The translations under genes and the position numbers were made by a program. 64,000 nt of DNA from Myxococcota bacterium (GTDB lineage Bacteria > Myxococcota_A > UBA9160 > UBA6930), in the NCBI GenBank assembly GCA_965223415.1, contig OZ245002.1:352001-416000 (forward strand), given 5' to 3'. Under the pieces are notes generated by a model. The model was not told the DNA's origin. It saw nothing but the letters and a program-made list of their open reading frames with translations, and made no database searches. The first letter of the stretch is position 1. Each line of letters begins with the position of its first letter. Positions 17,989-27,969 of this stretch are shown here, one piece after another.

Positions 17989-18650
17989 CGGCGCGCCTCG
18001 ACCACCACGATGAAAACCCGTCGCATCTCGCCTTCGGAACAGGCCAGGGGCCGCACACCGTGCCAGGAGTTCCCGCGGCGCGCGAAGAGCAGGCTCTGGT
18101 TGCCGACGCAGGGGACGGACTCTTCGCGAACGAAGTCCTCGAAGGCGGGGCTGGAGCGGTGGGAGAAACGCCCGCCATCGTCCAGGATACGCGTCTCACC
18201 GCCCCAGGCCGGGTCCCAGCGCTCCGGATCGTTGAAGTAGAAGAGATGGGAGCCGAGCTTCCGGCGCGCGTCGCAGTGGGGCGATACAGAGCGCCCCCGC
18301 GGCGTGTAGTGCCAGTGATAGAGGAGGCGGACGCGGCGGCGGCCGAAGCGCGCGGCCAGGAAGCGCCGGTAGTCCGCTCCCTCGAGCTCCTCGACCAGGC
18401 GGTGCCAGAGCGGGTGCACCGGAAGGTCGGGTCGATAGTCGAGGACGTAGCGATCGTGGGAGGCCTGACCGAAGCGGCGCTTCTTCCCGAACACCGCCTC
18501 GAGCTGCAACGGCTCCGGGAGATGCGCCGCCAGCTCCTGCCACGCCTCCGGACGCAGCGCGGGGCCGGCCTGCCACGGATAGGGGCGGCGCCGCCGGAAG
18601 CTCTTGGCATCCGTCGCGTCGAGGGCCTCCAGATCGAGGAGCGACGTCAC
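17976..18650 (-). CDS. 2OG-Fe(II) oxygenase
   Basis: PHCD...WGGET...NSWHGV...RR facial-triad pattern; GTGA overlap. Confidence 0.82.
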   Translation of the reverse strand: MTSLLDLEALDATDAKSFRRRRPYPWQAGPALRPEAWQELAAHLPEPLQLEAVFGKKRRFGQASHDRYVLDYRPDLPVHPLWHRLVEELEGADYRRFLAARFGRRRVRLLYHWHYTPRGRSVSPHCDARRKLGSHLFYFNDPERWDPAWGGETRILDDGGRFSHRSSPAFEDFVREESVPCVGNQSLLFARRGNSWHGVRPLACSEGEMRRVFIVVVEARRWLR

Positions 18651-20938
18651 GACTCCTCCACGCCCATCAGCGTGCGGAGCCGCGCGGCGACGGCACCGGC
18701 CTCCCGGTGGGGGGTCGCCGGGCCGAGCCGGGGAGGCTCGCCCAGCATCTGCACGCGACCGGCGGCGACCAGCTCGGCGTGGAGGCCCTCCAGGTTGCGG
18801 GTGGGGCGCAGCAGCCCGGCGTCGATCCACCGGGCCAGGTGGCGCGCGAGACCCTGCTGGGGCCGCACGGTGCCGCGATCGTTGGGCCGCTCAGCCACAG
18901 CCCGGGCGAGCAGCCGATCGACGAGACGCCCGCCGAGGCCCCGACCCCGACCAGTCCCCGGAAGCGGCGCCACCAGCACCGGCCGATCCGTGGCACAGGC
19001 CTCCGCCAGCATCGACTCGCTCTCCCCGGTGACCACCAGCAGGTCGCAGTGGGCGAGGAGGCCCAGGTAGGGTGTCTCCGGTCCCGCGGGTCGCCAGGGG
19101 AAGAAGTGGGCATCGGCACCGAGGGCTCGCTCGAGGGCGTGGGTCGCGGGGCCTCCGGTGCGCGGGCTGGTCGTCACCCAGAGGCGGCCTCCGAGCTCCT
19201 TCGCCAGGTCCAAGACGTGGGCCGCGAGGCCGCGCGCCTCCTCGGCACCCAGGCGGTAGCGCGGCGTCTCGCCGCCGACGAGGACACCGATGCGCGGGCC
19301 CACCGGGTCGCCTTCGAAGGTGTCCTTCCAGCGATCCGCGGCCCGCCCGAGCTCCCCATCGCTCACCCGCGAGAGCGGCAGCAACGTCTCGACGCGACGG
19401 GGGTGGGGCCAGAGGCGGGCGTGGCGCGGGGTCACGACGAGATCGAACAGGCCGGCGGCGGCACCGCCCTTGCGCCCCAGGTGGACGACGCGCGTGCGGC
19501 CCTGGGCCCGCTCGCGCACCCACAAGCCGACCGGTGCGGCGCGGCGCCCGGCGGAGATGACCAGGTCCGGCCAGGGCGCCTGGAGCTTCGCCCGCTGGTC
19601 CCGGGACAGGCCCAGGAGCGACGCGCCCCGCAGCCGCGGGTGGAGGTTCCCGAGCCGGCCGAAGTGGAGACGGTGGGTCCGGTAGCTCCAGCCCAGCGCC
19701 TCGGCGAGGCCGACGGCCTGGGTCTCGTTGCCGGCCCGGTCGTCGACGATCACCCAGGTGCGCGGCGTGCCGCGACCGAGGAATCGCCCGCCCTCCACGT
19801 GGCGCACGCGACCCGTGGGCTCGTGGACGAACAGCTCCCAGTGCACGCCGCGGTGGGTGCGAGCGATGCGTTCGAAGCGGTCGACGAAGCGCGCCGTCGC
19901 GTCACCGGGCGTGGCGGCGACGAACACGAAGCGGCCCGCCGCGTCGAACAGGCGCCGCAGCGCCCAGCCCTGATCGGTCTCGGGCAGGGCTTCGAGCCCA
20001 GCGGGCACGAGGATGCCGTCGGCGCTCCGGGCCTCCGATGCGAACAGCCAGTCGAGGAGGTCCGCCCCCTCCAGCTCGAGCACCTCGTCGCCGGGGGTGA
20101 GGCGCGAGAGCATGCGCAGCATCTGTCGGTCCGCCGCAGGCGCCGCGGGAAGGGAGGGCCGGCCGCGCAGGTGACCCATCGCCTCGCTCGGCTGCTCCGC
20201 CGAGAACGCCTCGAAGCCCGCATCGTCGGCCCGGCGTTCCCTCTCCTTCCAGAGATCGGCGCCGGGCCCTTCGCGGTAGGCGAAGCGCTCGGGAAAGGGC
20301 CGCCACGGCTGGGTGTGCAGCGTCGTGTAGTGGACGACCCGAGCGCCCCCGTTCAGCAGCTCGGCGTCCCGTGCGTTCCACTCAGGAGGCAGCGGGCCGC
20401 GAAGGCCCGCCACGGCGGCGGCTCGCGCCACCAGCTCCTTCTTCGGCAGCCGGCTGGCGTCGTCCAGGCTCCACACGTCCGCCATCCGCGCGCAATCGAG
20501 CAGCATGACCGAGGTCTCCCGATCCGAGAGGGCCAGGAAGCCGTGACCCTCCAGATCGCGATCGAAGAGCTCCGCCGGATCGCACAGGTAGAGCTGGTCC
20601 ACGTCGTTGTAGATGGCCCGGCCGGCAGCGCCGGCGAAGCTGGGAATCGCGAAACGGTAGTTCGTGAACCCGGTGGTCCAATCCCGGCGGTCGAAGCCGC
20701 GCAGCGCCTCCATGCGGAAGACCTCGTAGCGGCGCGCCCGATCGCGGTGCTCGGCGACGGAGGCCAGGAACACCCGCTCCGCCCGCCACTGGGCCGGCTC
20801 GGTCCCGAGGAAGATGCGCACGGGAGGCGCTTCCGTCTCGCCCTCGGCGGGGAACACCACGCGCTCGGGCCCGTCCCGCAGGCCCGGCCCCGGCGCAGCG
20901 CCGCGGAGGGGGAGGAAGCGGGAGAGCCTCCGACTCAT
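18647..20938 (-). CDS. GT-A (GT8-like) glycosyltransferase fused to an ELM1/GtrOC1-like domain
   Basis: TGFTNYRFAIP...RAIYNDVDQ...HYTTLHTQPW; C-terminal AGNETQAVGLAEALG, PWPDLVISAGRR, TTSPRT, VTGESESMLAEA. Confidence 0.82.
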   Translation of the reverse strand: MSRRLSRFLPLRGAAPGPGLRDGPERVVFPAEGETEAPPVRIFLGTEPAQWRAERVFLASVAEHRDRARRYEVFRMEALRGFDRRDWTTGFTNYRFAIPSFAGAAGRAIYNDVDQLYLCDPAELFDRDLEGHGFLALSDRETSVMLLDCARMADVWSLDDASRLPKKELVARAAAVAGLRGPLPPEWNARDAELLNGGARVVHYTTLHTQPWRPFPERFAYREGPGADLWKERERRADDAGFEAFSAEQPSEAMGHLRGRPSLPAAPAADRQMLRMLSRLTPGDEVLELEGADLLDWLFASEARSADGILVPAGLEALPETDQGWALRRLFDAAGRFVFVAATPGDATARFVDRFERIARTHRGVHWELFVHEPTGRVRHVEGGRFLGRGTPRTWVIVDDRAGNETQAVGLAEALGWSYRTHRLHFGRLGNLHPRLRGASLLGLSRDQRAKLQAPWPDLVISAGRRAAPVGLWVRERAQGRTRVVHLGRKGGAAAGLFDLVVTPRHARLWPHPRRVETLLPLSRVSDGELGRAADRWKDTFEGDPVGPRIGVLVGGETPRYRLGAEEARGLAAHVLDLAKELGGRLWVTTSPRTGGPATHALERALGADAHFFPWRPAGPETPYLGLLAHCDLLVVTGESESMLAEACATDRPVLVAPLPGTGRGRGLGGRLVDRLLARAVAERPNDRGTVRPQQGLARHLARWIDAGLLRPTRNLEGLHAELVAAGRVQMLGEPPRLGPATPHREAGAVAARLRTLMGVEES

Positions 20939-22626
20939 CGGACCCGCTTCAAGGCGCCGTTCTCGATGCGGAACACGCGATCGGCGCGCTCGGCGAAGGC
21001 CTGCCGGTGGGTGATGGCAAGGATCGTCATTTCGCCGCGCATGCGGACGACGGACTCCACGATCGCCTCCTCGGTCTCCGGATCGAGCGAGGCGGTGGCC
21101 TCGTCGAGGATCAGGAAGCGCGGCTCCCGCACGATCGCCCGTGCGATGGCGATGCGCTGCCGCTGCCCCCCCGAGAGCAGCGCGCCGCGCTCGCCGACCC
21201 GCGCCTCGAGGCCGCCCTCCATTCGAAGGACGAACTCCCGCGCACCGGCGCGCTCGAGCGCCCGCCACACCCCCGCCTCGGACAGATCCGGATCACCGAG
21301 GGTCACGTTCACCCGCACGCTCTCGTTGAGGAGCGAGAGCTCCTGGGGCACGTAGCCGACCATGCGGCGCCAGGCGCGCAGGTCGAGGGCATCCAGGTCC
21401 TCGCCGTCGATGCGCACGCTGCCGCGGCGGGGCGGGACCAGGCCGATCAGGAGATCCGCGAGACTCGTCTTGCCGGCGCCCGACGGGCCGACCAGCGTCG
21501 TCAACCCGCCGGCGGGAATCTCCAGGCTCGCACCCGCGAGCACCGGCTCGGGCCCATAGGCCAGGAACACGTCGTCCACCTCGATGCCCTTCTCGAGACT
21601 CGGAAGCTCGCCGCCGTGGGGACGCTCCGGCTCGGCCAGCGCCTCGTCGATGGTCTCGCGCAGCGACCAGTAGGCGCTCTCCCGGGCCGCCATCGACTGA
21701 ATCTCCTTCTGGGCCTTGCCGATGGCGCCGAGGGTGCGGCCGAACAAGAGGGCGAGCATCAGGAGCGAGGAAAGCGCCATGCCCCAGCCGGTGATCGCGG
21801 CGAAGAGCCCTCCGGCCAGGCCGGCGACGATGACGGGCTCCTGGAGCGCCTTCAGCCCCTCCTTGCTCAGCACCTCGCCGCGCAGGGCGCGGTCGAGCTG
21901 ACGGGCCTCCCGCGCGAGCAGCGGGCCGAGTAGCGCCTCCCGCGCCATCGCCCGCAAGGGCTTCACCGCGTGGAGGGCGTCGGCCAGGTGACCGACCGAG
22001 GTCTTGAGCAGCTCCGTCTGCCGGTTGCCGGCCCGCCGGGAGGCGCGCACCAGCCAGGCGAGGGCCCAGCTGCTCACGCCACCGAGGGCGACCGCTCCGA
22101 GGGTCGCCTTCCAGGACAGGAGGAAGGCGATGCCCGTGTAGAGCGCCGCCTGGAGCACGGCCGCCACCACCAGGGAGCCGTGCAGGAAGGCCTGGGAGGC
22201 GCGCTCGGCCTCGGTGGTGAACGCGTTGGCGATCGTTCCCACGGGCCTTCGGGTGAAGTAGCTCCAGCGCGCGCCGAGCAGCGCGCGCACCAGCGAGAGG
22301 CGCAGCTCCGTCGCCACCGCCGAGACCGCGTAGCCGACCTCGCGGTTCGCGAGCAGGACGAGGGCCGCCTTGGCGAACATCCCGCCCACCACCACCGCGA
22401 GCAGCGCGCCGAGGGTCGGCTCGAGGCCGATGCCTTCGAGGGCGCCGCGCACCTGATCCGCGAGCGGGGAGGGCTTCGCATCGGCCCCGGCGGGCGCGGC
22501 GAGCTCCAGCAGCGGAAGCAGCGTCGACATGCCGACGCCCTCGGCCAGGCTGGCCAGCAGCAGACAGGCGAGGGTCGCGGCGCTGCGGCGGGGGTGGGCG
22601 CGGGCGAAGGCGAGCAGGATGCGCAC
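20935..22626 (-). CDS. MsbA-like ABC exporter (permease + ATPase)
   Basis: TM domain; GPSGAGKT; LSGGQRQ; ILDEAT. Confidence 0.93.
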   Translation of the reverse strand: MRILLAFARAHPRRSAATLACLLLASLAEGVGMSTLLPLLELAAPAGADAKPSPLADQVRGALEGIGLEPTLGALLAVVVGGMFAKAALVLLANREVGYAVSAVATELRLSLVRALLGARWSYFTRRPVGTIANAFTTEAERASQAFLHGSLVVAAVLQAALYTGIAFLLSWKATLGAVALGGVSSWALAWLVRASRRAGNRQTELLKTSVGHLADALHAVKPLRAMAREALLGPLLAREARQLDRALRGEVLSKEGLKALQEPVIVAGLAGGLFAAITGWGMALSSLLMLALLFGRTLGAIGKAQKEIQSMAARESAYWSLRETIDEALAEPERPHGGELPSLEKGIEVDDVFLAYGPEPVLAGASLEIPAGGLTTLVGPSGAGKTSLADLLIGLVPPRRGSVRIDGEDLDALDLRAWRRMVGYVPQELSLLNESVRVNVTLGDPDLSEAGVWRALERAGAREFVLRMEGGLEARVGERGALLSGGQRQRIAIARAIVREPRFLILDEATASLDPETEEAIVESVVRMRGEMTILAITHRQAFAERADRVFRIENGALKRVR

Positions 22627-22630
22627 GGCG

Positions 22631-23881
22631 TCAGGCCGCCCGTAGCGCGCGCGCGACCTGGGCCAGACGCACGCCGTGGAAGAGGAGCGTCGCCGCCTGC
22701 CAGGCCACGACGGCGAGGAAGGCGGGCCCGGCCAGGCCGACGAGCAGTCCGACGGTGAAGAGCGGCACGTTGATGTTGCGCCGCGAGATGAAGGTGCGCA
22801 TGCGCACGTCGATGGGCGCCCAGGCGTGGATCGATCGTCCGCCGGTCAGCCGGGTGAAGACCTCGGTGACGAGGCGGTCCGCTACGTAGAAGCCCGTCAT
22901 CCACCAGGCGGCCGTGAGCCAGGCGCCGCCTCCGAGACCCGCCGCCCAGGCCAGGTACCAGAGCGGCGGATGCACCACGTCGAGCCCGTGGTCGAGCACG
23001 TGGCCGAGCTTCGACGCCCGGTGGGTGAGGCGCGCGAGCTTGCCGTCCACCGAATCGAGGACGCTCATGGTGTAGGCGAGGACGAGCCCCGGCAGCCAGG
23101 CGGCGCTGGCAAAGAGCGGGATCGCGGCGAAGGTGATGACGACGTTGAAGCCGGACACCCAGTTCGGGTGCACGCGATGCCGCGCGAGCGGTCGCAGCAG
23201 GCGCCACACGAGCGGCGGGTAGACGTGCTTCGTGAAGAAGTCCGTCGATCCCTTGTAGTTCGCCTCGAAGAGGAAGCGCTCGCTGCGATCGCGCTCGACG
23301 TCGCCGGCGATGCGGAAGACCCAGGGCGTCAGGTGGCGGCGCAGCTTCGGCAGATAGGACGGGGCGCGTTCCGCAGGCTCCGGGAGGAGGCTGCCGCTCA
23401 GGGTCCAGGCTCGGGCGAGCTCGTCGAGGTCCCGCGCCTCCGGTGCATCCGGCGGAGCGCCTTCGAGCCGCAGCAGCGCCGAGGGCTGCCCGCAGCCCGG
23501 TGTCGGCGCCGAGCCGCGCACGACATGGGGGCCGCGCAGCGAAGCCAGATGGGCGAGCAGGCGCGGGTCGACGATCGCGTCGGCCTCGAGCACGAGGAGC
23601 GCCGGCACGCGGGCGGCGACCTCGGCGGCCCGCTTCGCGAGCGGGCCCTCGCCGGGGCGGCGCGTGACGTGCAGGCCGTCCAGGTCCCGGGGCAGCGGCA
23701 GGGCCGCGCCGGCGCGCTCGTGGACCTCCACCCGCGCGCCGGCGAGGCCCGCGTCGAGCAGGGCCCGGAGCGCGTGCTCGAGCAGCGACATCCCGAACAG
23801 ACGTCGGCCGCTGGTGGCGCGGGTGGCTTCCACGAGGACGTCGACGCCGCTGCCGTCGGCGTCGGTCCCCTCGGGTATCAT
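22631..23881 (-). CDS. CDP-alcohol phosphatidyltransferase with degenerate N-terminal NTP-transferase-like domain
   Basis: VHPNWVS; LDSVDGKLAR...S.LGHVLDHGLD. Confidence 0.88.
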   Translation of the reverse strand: MIPEGTDADGSGVDVLVEATRATSGRRLFGMSLLEHALRALLDAGLAGARVEVHERAGAALPLPRDLDGLHVTRRPGEGPLAKRAAEVAARVPALLVLEADAIVDPRLLAHLASLRGPHVVRGSAPTPGCGQPSALLRLEGAPPDAPEARDLDELARAWTLSGSLLPEPAERAPSYLPKLRRHLTPWVFRIAGDVERDRSERFLFEANYKGSTDFFTKHVYPPLVWRLLRPLARHRVHPNWVSGFNVVITFAAIPLFASAAWLPGLVLAYTMSVLDSVDGKLARLTHRASKLGHVLDHGLDVVHPPLWYLAWAAGLGGGAWLTAAWWMTGFYVADRLVTEVFTRLTGGRSIHAWAPIDVRMRTFISRRNINVPLFTVGLLVGLAGPAFLAVVAWQAATLLFHGVRLAQVARALRAA

Positions 23882-23890
23882 CGGCGCAGG

Positions 23891-24730
23891 ATGCTAGCGA
23901 ACCGGGATGAAATCTCGCGGAAGGAGGGGCGGGACGCTGGCGTGCTGGCCTTCCTGCTGGCCGGGCGGCGGCGCGGTGGCGACGCCCTGGCCGAGGCCGC
24001 CGGGGTGAGCCACAAGGCGCGCATCCCGGTCGCCGGCGTGGCGATGGGCGTGCGCGTGCTACGGGCCCTCGGCGCCTCGGAGCGGGTGAGCGAGACCTGG
24101 CTGTGCATCGACGATCCGGAGCTCGGCCACCACGACGAGGTGGCGTCGGCTCGGGACCGGGGAGAGCTGCGCATCCATCCGCCCGCGCCTTCGCCCAGCG
24201 AGAGCGTCGGGAGCCTGCTCGCGCAGCTCCCCTCGCCGCGGCCGGTCCTCGTCACCACCGCCGATCACCCGCTGCTGGACGCGGCGATGATCGATCACTT
24301 CCTGGCCGACGCCTCCGGCCGCGACGCGGACGTCGTGGTGGGCGTCGTCCCCGAGACGACGGTGCGCGCCCGCTACCCGGACGTGCGACGCACCTTCGTG
24401 TCGCTGGCCGGCGAGCGCATCACCGGCGCGAACCTGTTCCTGCTGCGAACCCCCCGGGCCGCGCAGGCGGTGGCGTTCTGGCGGGAGATGGACGCCCACC
24501 GCAAGCAGCCCTGGCGCCTGGCCGCCCGGGTCGGACCCGCCGCCCTGGCCCGGCTCGCCCTCGGCCGCCTCGACCTCGACGGGGCCGTCGCCCGCATCGC
24601 CCGCCGCGCCGGCGTGCGTGCCGAAGCCGTCCGCCTCCCCTTTCCCGAGTGCGCCCTCGACGTCGATCTCCCCGAGCACCTCACCCTCGCCGAGCAGATC
24701 CTCCAGAGGCAACAGGCGAGACGTTCCTGA
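23891..24730 (+). CDS. Nucleotidyltransferase (MobA/NTP_transf_3-like); alternative GTG start 23942
   Basis: LLAGRR...HKARIPVAG; LVTTADHPLL; GANLF; LDVD. Confidence 0.82.
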   Translation: MLANRDEISRKEGRDAGVLAFLLAGRRRGGDALAEAAGVSHKARIPVAGVAMGVRVLRALGASERVSETWLCIDDPELGHHDEVASARDRGELRIHPPAPSPSESVGSLLAQLPSPRPVLVTTADHPLLDAAMIDHFLADASGRDADVVVGVVPETTVRARYPDVRRTFVSLAGERITGANLFLLRTPRAAQAVAFWREMDAHRKQPWRLAARVGPAALARLALGRLDLDGAVARIARRAGVRAEAVRLPFPECALDVDLPEHLTLAEQILQRQQARRS

Positions 24731-24750
24731 ACGCAACGCCCGGGTCGCGT

Positions 24751-25623
24751 TCAGGGCAGCCCAAAGGGCTCGCCCTCTTCGAAGCGAGTGCGGGAGGGGT
24801 CGAGAACACGGGCGCGGCAGGCCCAGCCACCTTCGGGGCGGGGCTCGAGCAGGTGGTAGCGGGCGCGCCGATCGGAGCCCTTGTGGCCGAGGGCGGAGGC
24901 CGAGGGCACGCCGACGACGGGGATCGGCCCGCTCGGACCGGGCAGCTGGGTGGTGACGAAGCGGTGGACGTGCCCGTGGACGACGAGCTCCGCACCGGCC
25001 CGGGAGAGCAGCGCGACGAGCTCTGCCGCGTCGTCCAGCCCGCGGCGGCGGCGGATGCCGGCGGTCCATGGGGGGTGGTGGATCAGGACGATCCTCCGCA
25101 GACCTGCGCGCTCGAGGCCCCGCAGGCAGCGCTCGAGCTGCAGCCTTCCGACCGGCCCGACCCGACCCGTCGCCAGGCCCGGGGCGGTGGGCCGCGCCGA
25201 GTGCACACCGACGAGCGCCACTCCGTCCTGCACGCGCACCGGCGGCGTCGACGCGGGATCGCCCGCGAGGAACGGCCCGAAGGCGCTCCCCATGGCGCGC
25301 CGAGAATCCCCGGCGTAGACGTCGTGGTTCCCCGGCACGAGGAAGACCCGCTCCGGCCCCCCGAGTCGCTCGAGCCAGCCCCGGCCCGCGTCGAGCTCGC
25401 CGGGCAGGCCCTGGTTCGTCACGTCGCCGGTCACGAGCACGCGGTCGGGCGCCGTCCGCTCGAGGTCCCCCAGCAACGCCTCGAGCACCTCGGGCCGATG
25501 CTCGCCCCGCCGCCGGGCGAGCCAGGCCAGCGCTCCGAGCAGGCGCTTCGTCGTCACCTCGGACGGCCGGCGCCAGCGGGGCGGCGTCACGTGGAGATCC
25601 GAGAGATGGGCGAGGAGCGGCAC
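24751..25623 (-). CDS. Calcineurin-like metallophosphoesterase
   Basis: HLSDLH, TGDVTN, VPGNHD, HHPP, HGHVH. Confidence 0.93.
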   Translation of the reverse strand: MPLLAHLSDLHVTPPRWRRPSEVTTKRLLGALAWLARRRGEHRPEVLEALLGDLERTAPDRVLVTGDVTNQGLPGELDAGRGWLERLGGPERVFLVPGNHDVYAGDSRRAMGSAFGPFLAGDPASTPPVRVQDGVALVGVHSARPTAPGLATGRVGPVGRLQLERCLRGLERAGLRRIVLIHHPPWTAGIRRRRGLDDAAELVALLSRAGAELVVHGHVHRFVTTQLPGPSGPIPVVGVPSASALGHKGSDRRARYHLLEPRPEGGWACRARVLDPSRTRFEEGEPFGLP

Positions 25624-25717
25624 GCTGGGCGCAGGATCGGCGCCCCTTCATCCCGTCGCCAGGGTCGTATGGTACCGTCCTGGCCTGGTCCAGAGGCGTT
25701 CGGAGGGGGATCGGCGC

Positions 25718-26908
25718 GTGCCCGAGGCCCAGAGTGGGGCTCTTCAGCCCCAGCACAGCGGTGCGCCCGGCGTCTGGGTAACGCCGCCGCGGGAGGCCAC
25801 CCGGCTGTTCGGCGCCTCGCCGACGGAGCGCCTGCGCCGGGCCCTGGCGGGCAGCCCGGCGTTCTCGAGCGACGGCGAGCCGCCGCCGCCCGAGCGCGCC
25901 CGCCGCTGGCTGGTGCTGCGCGGCGACTTCGTCTTCGACGGACGCCTGATCGAGGCCCTCGGCAAGACCCGGGATGTGGTGCTGCTCGCCCGCCCCGAGG
26001 ACGGGAGCGTCCCGGTCGCCGCCCACGTGCGCGGCGGCCAGCTTCAGCAGGCCGCGGCCTGGGTGCGGGACGGCAAGCCCCCCCTGGCCGACGGCATCGC
26101 CCTCGCCCGCCCCGAAGACCTGGTGCATCCCTACGACTCCCGGCTCCGCAAGCGCCAGCCGGCCATCCTGGCGCGGGTGACGGCGGAGACCGCGCCGGCC
26201 CTCGAGGCCACCCTCTTCGACGCCGCCTACAAGGGCGTGACCGACTGGGTCACCCGCACCCTGTGGCCCGTCCCGGCGTTGCGACTGACCCGGACCCTGG
26301 CGAACCGGGGCGTGACACCGAACGCGGTCACCCTGGCGAGCTGGCTGCTCGTGCTGGGGGCCCTGGCCGCCTTCACCGGCGGAGCGTTCGGCGCGGGCCT
26401 CCTGGCCGCGTGGGCGATGACCTTCCTCGACACGGTCGACGGCAAGCTCGCCCGCGTCACCCTCACGTCGAGCCGCCTCGGCCACGTGCTGGACCACGGC
26501 CTCGACCTGGTCCATCCGCCCTTCTGGTGGTGGGCCTTCGGCACCGCCGCGGCGGCCCTCCCGGATGCGCTGGCCGGCGCTTGGCTTCCCCTGGCGACCT
26601 GGACCTGCGTCGTCGGCTACGTCGTGGGCCGCGCCCTGGAAGGCGCCTTCCTGGCAGGCTTCGGCTTCGAGATCCACTCCTACCGTCCCGTCGACTCCTG
26701 GTTCCGCCGCTTCACGGCCCGCCGCAATCCCAACCTCGTGCTGCTGAGCGCCGCCACCCTGGTCGGGCGTCCCGAGCTGGGCATCCTCGCGGTCGCCGGG
26801 TGGACGGTGGCGTCGATCGGATTCCACGCGCTGCGCCTGGCCGCTGCGGGCCTGTGCCGGCTGCGGGGCGAGGCGGTCGTGCCCTGGGAGGAAGCGGCGT
26901 GGGCGTGA
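25718..26908 (+). CDS. Second CDP-alcohol phosphatidyltransferase (paralog of 22631..23881)
   Basis: YKGVTD; TPNAVT; FLDTVDGKLAR...LGHVLDHGLDLVHPP; ARRNPN. Confidence 0.88.
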   Translation: MPEAQSGALQPQHSGAPGVWVTPPREATRLFGASPTERLRRALAGSPAFSSDGEPPPPERARRWLVLRGDFVFDGRLIEALGKTRDVVLLARPEDGSVPVAAHVRGGQLQQAAAWVRDGKPPLADGIALARPEDLVHPYDSRLRKRQPAILARVTAETAPALEATLFDAAYKGVTDWVTRTLWPVPALRLTRTLANRGVTPNAVTLASWLLVLGALAAFTGGAFGAGLLAAWAMTFLDTVDGKLARVTLTSSRLGHVLDHGLDLVHPPFWWWAFGTAAAALPDALAGAWLPLATWTCVVGYVVGRALEGAFLAGFGFEIHSYRPVDSWFRRFTARRNPNLVLLSAATLVGRPELGILAVAGWTVASIGFHALRLAAAGLCRLRGEAVVPWEEAAWA

Positions 26909-27969
26909 TCACCCGCGCGCTCGTGCTGGCCGCGCTGGGGGCGGCCCTGTCGGTTGTGCCGTCGCTGGCCGCGGAGAACCTGGCCGCCGCGCGCCTTCTC
27001 CGGAGCGAGCTGGGCTCGGAGTTCTGGAACCTGACGGCCCGCTTCGAGAGCGGTGAGCACCTGATGGTCGAGGTCTGCGTCACGAACGTCGGGCTCGGCG
27101 ACGGTAACGCGGCGGTCATCGGGCACCTCGTCGAGGCCGACGGCACGGTCCACGCCTTCGACGGCGCCAAGGCGGCCGGCGAGTGGTCCCTCTCGGACGA
27201 TCGGCTCCAGCTCGTGTTGGGCAAGCTCGAGCTCGATCAGCGGGGGCCCGTGCACCGGCTGCGCCTGCTCAAGGAACGGATGGGGATCGACCTCGCCTTC
27301 CGGGCCACCGGCGAGCACGTGCGCCTGGCGGGGGCGGAAGACAAGCGCGGCTTCGAGCTGCTGGGCGTGGAGAGCGAAGTCGCCGGCCGCATCTGGACCG
27401 AGAACGGCGGCGAGCGCTCCGTGCGTGGGCGACTCCTGCGCACGCACCGCTGGGCGGAGGGGCTCGAGTCCTCCTTCGTGCTGCGCCGCATCGAGCTCTT
27501 CACCCTGGACGGCGAGACCGGCGTCTACCTGGTGGAGGCCCTCGACCCCTCCGGCGGGACCCAGAGCTGGCTGCGCATCCAACGGGGCGAGGAGGCGCTC
27601 AGCGCCGTGCCGGTCACGACGCGGGTGGTCTGGGCCGAAGACGCGGGGCCGCCGGGCTTTCCGCTCCCCCAGGCCGTCGAGATCGAGGGCGAGGGCGTTC
27701 GCGGACGCTTCCTGCTGGCGAACGACCTGGTGCGCTACGACCCGCTCCGGGACCTGCCCGCCGCGGTACGCTGGGGCCTCGCCCCCTTCATCCGCTGGCG
27801 CACGGCGTGGAGTGCGGGCTCCTTCGAGCTGCAGCTGGGCGCGGACGCCGGGGGGCCCCTCCAGCTCCGCGGACGCGGAATGTCCAACGTGACCTACTTC
27901 AACGCGGTGTCGGAGGCGCAGAGCGTCGCCTCACCGCCCGCCGAGGTGACATGCGGATCGGAGTGCTGA
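26905..27969 (+). CDS. Secreted beta-rich hypothetical protein (lipocalin/AttH/Svf1-like fold suspected)
   Basis: GTGA overlap; signal peptide; SEFWNLTARFESG..MVEVCVTNVG. Confidence 0.65.
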   Translation: MITRALVLAALGAALSVVPSLAAENLAAARLLRSELGSEFWNLTARFESGEHLMVEVCVTNVGLGDGNAAVIGHLVEADGTVHAFDGAKAAGEWSLSDDRLQLVLGKLELDQRGPVHRLRLLKERMGIDLAFRATGEHVRLAGAEDKRGFELLGVESEVAGRIWTENGGERSVRGRLLRTHRWAEGLESSFVLRRIELFTLDGETGVYLVEALDPSGGTQSWLRIQRGEEALSAVPVTTRVVWAEDAGPPGFPLPQAVEIEGEGVRGRFLLANDLVRYDPLRDLPAAVRWGLAPFIRWRTAWSAGSFELQLGADAGGPLQLRGRGMSNVTYFNAVSEAQSVASPPAEVTCGSEC

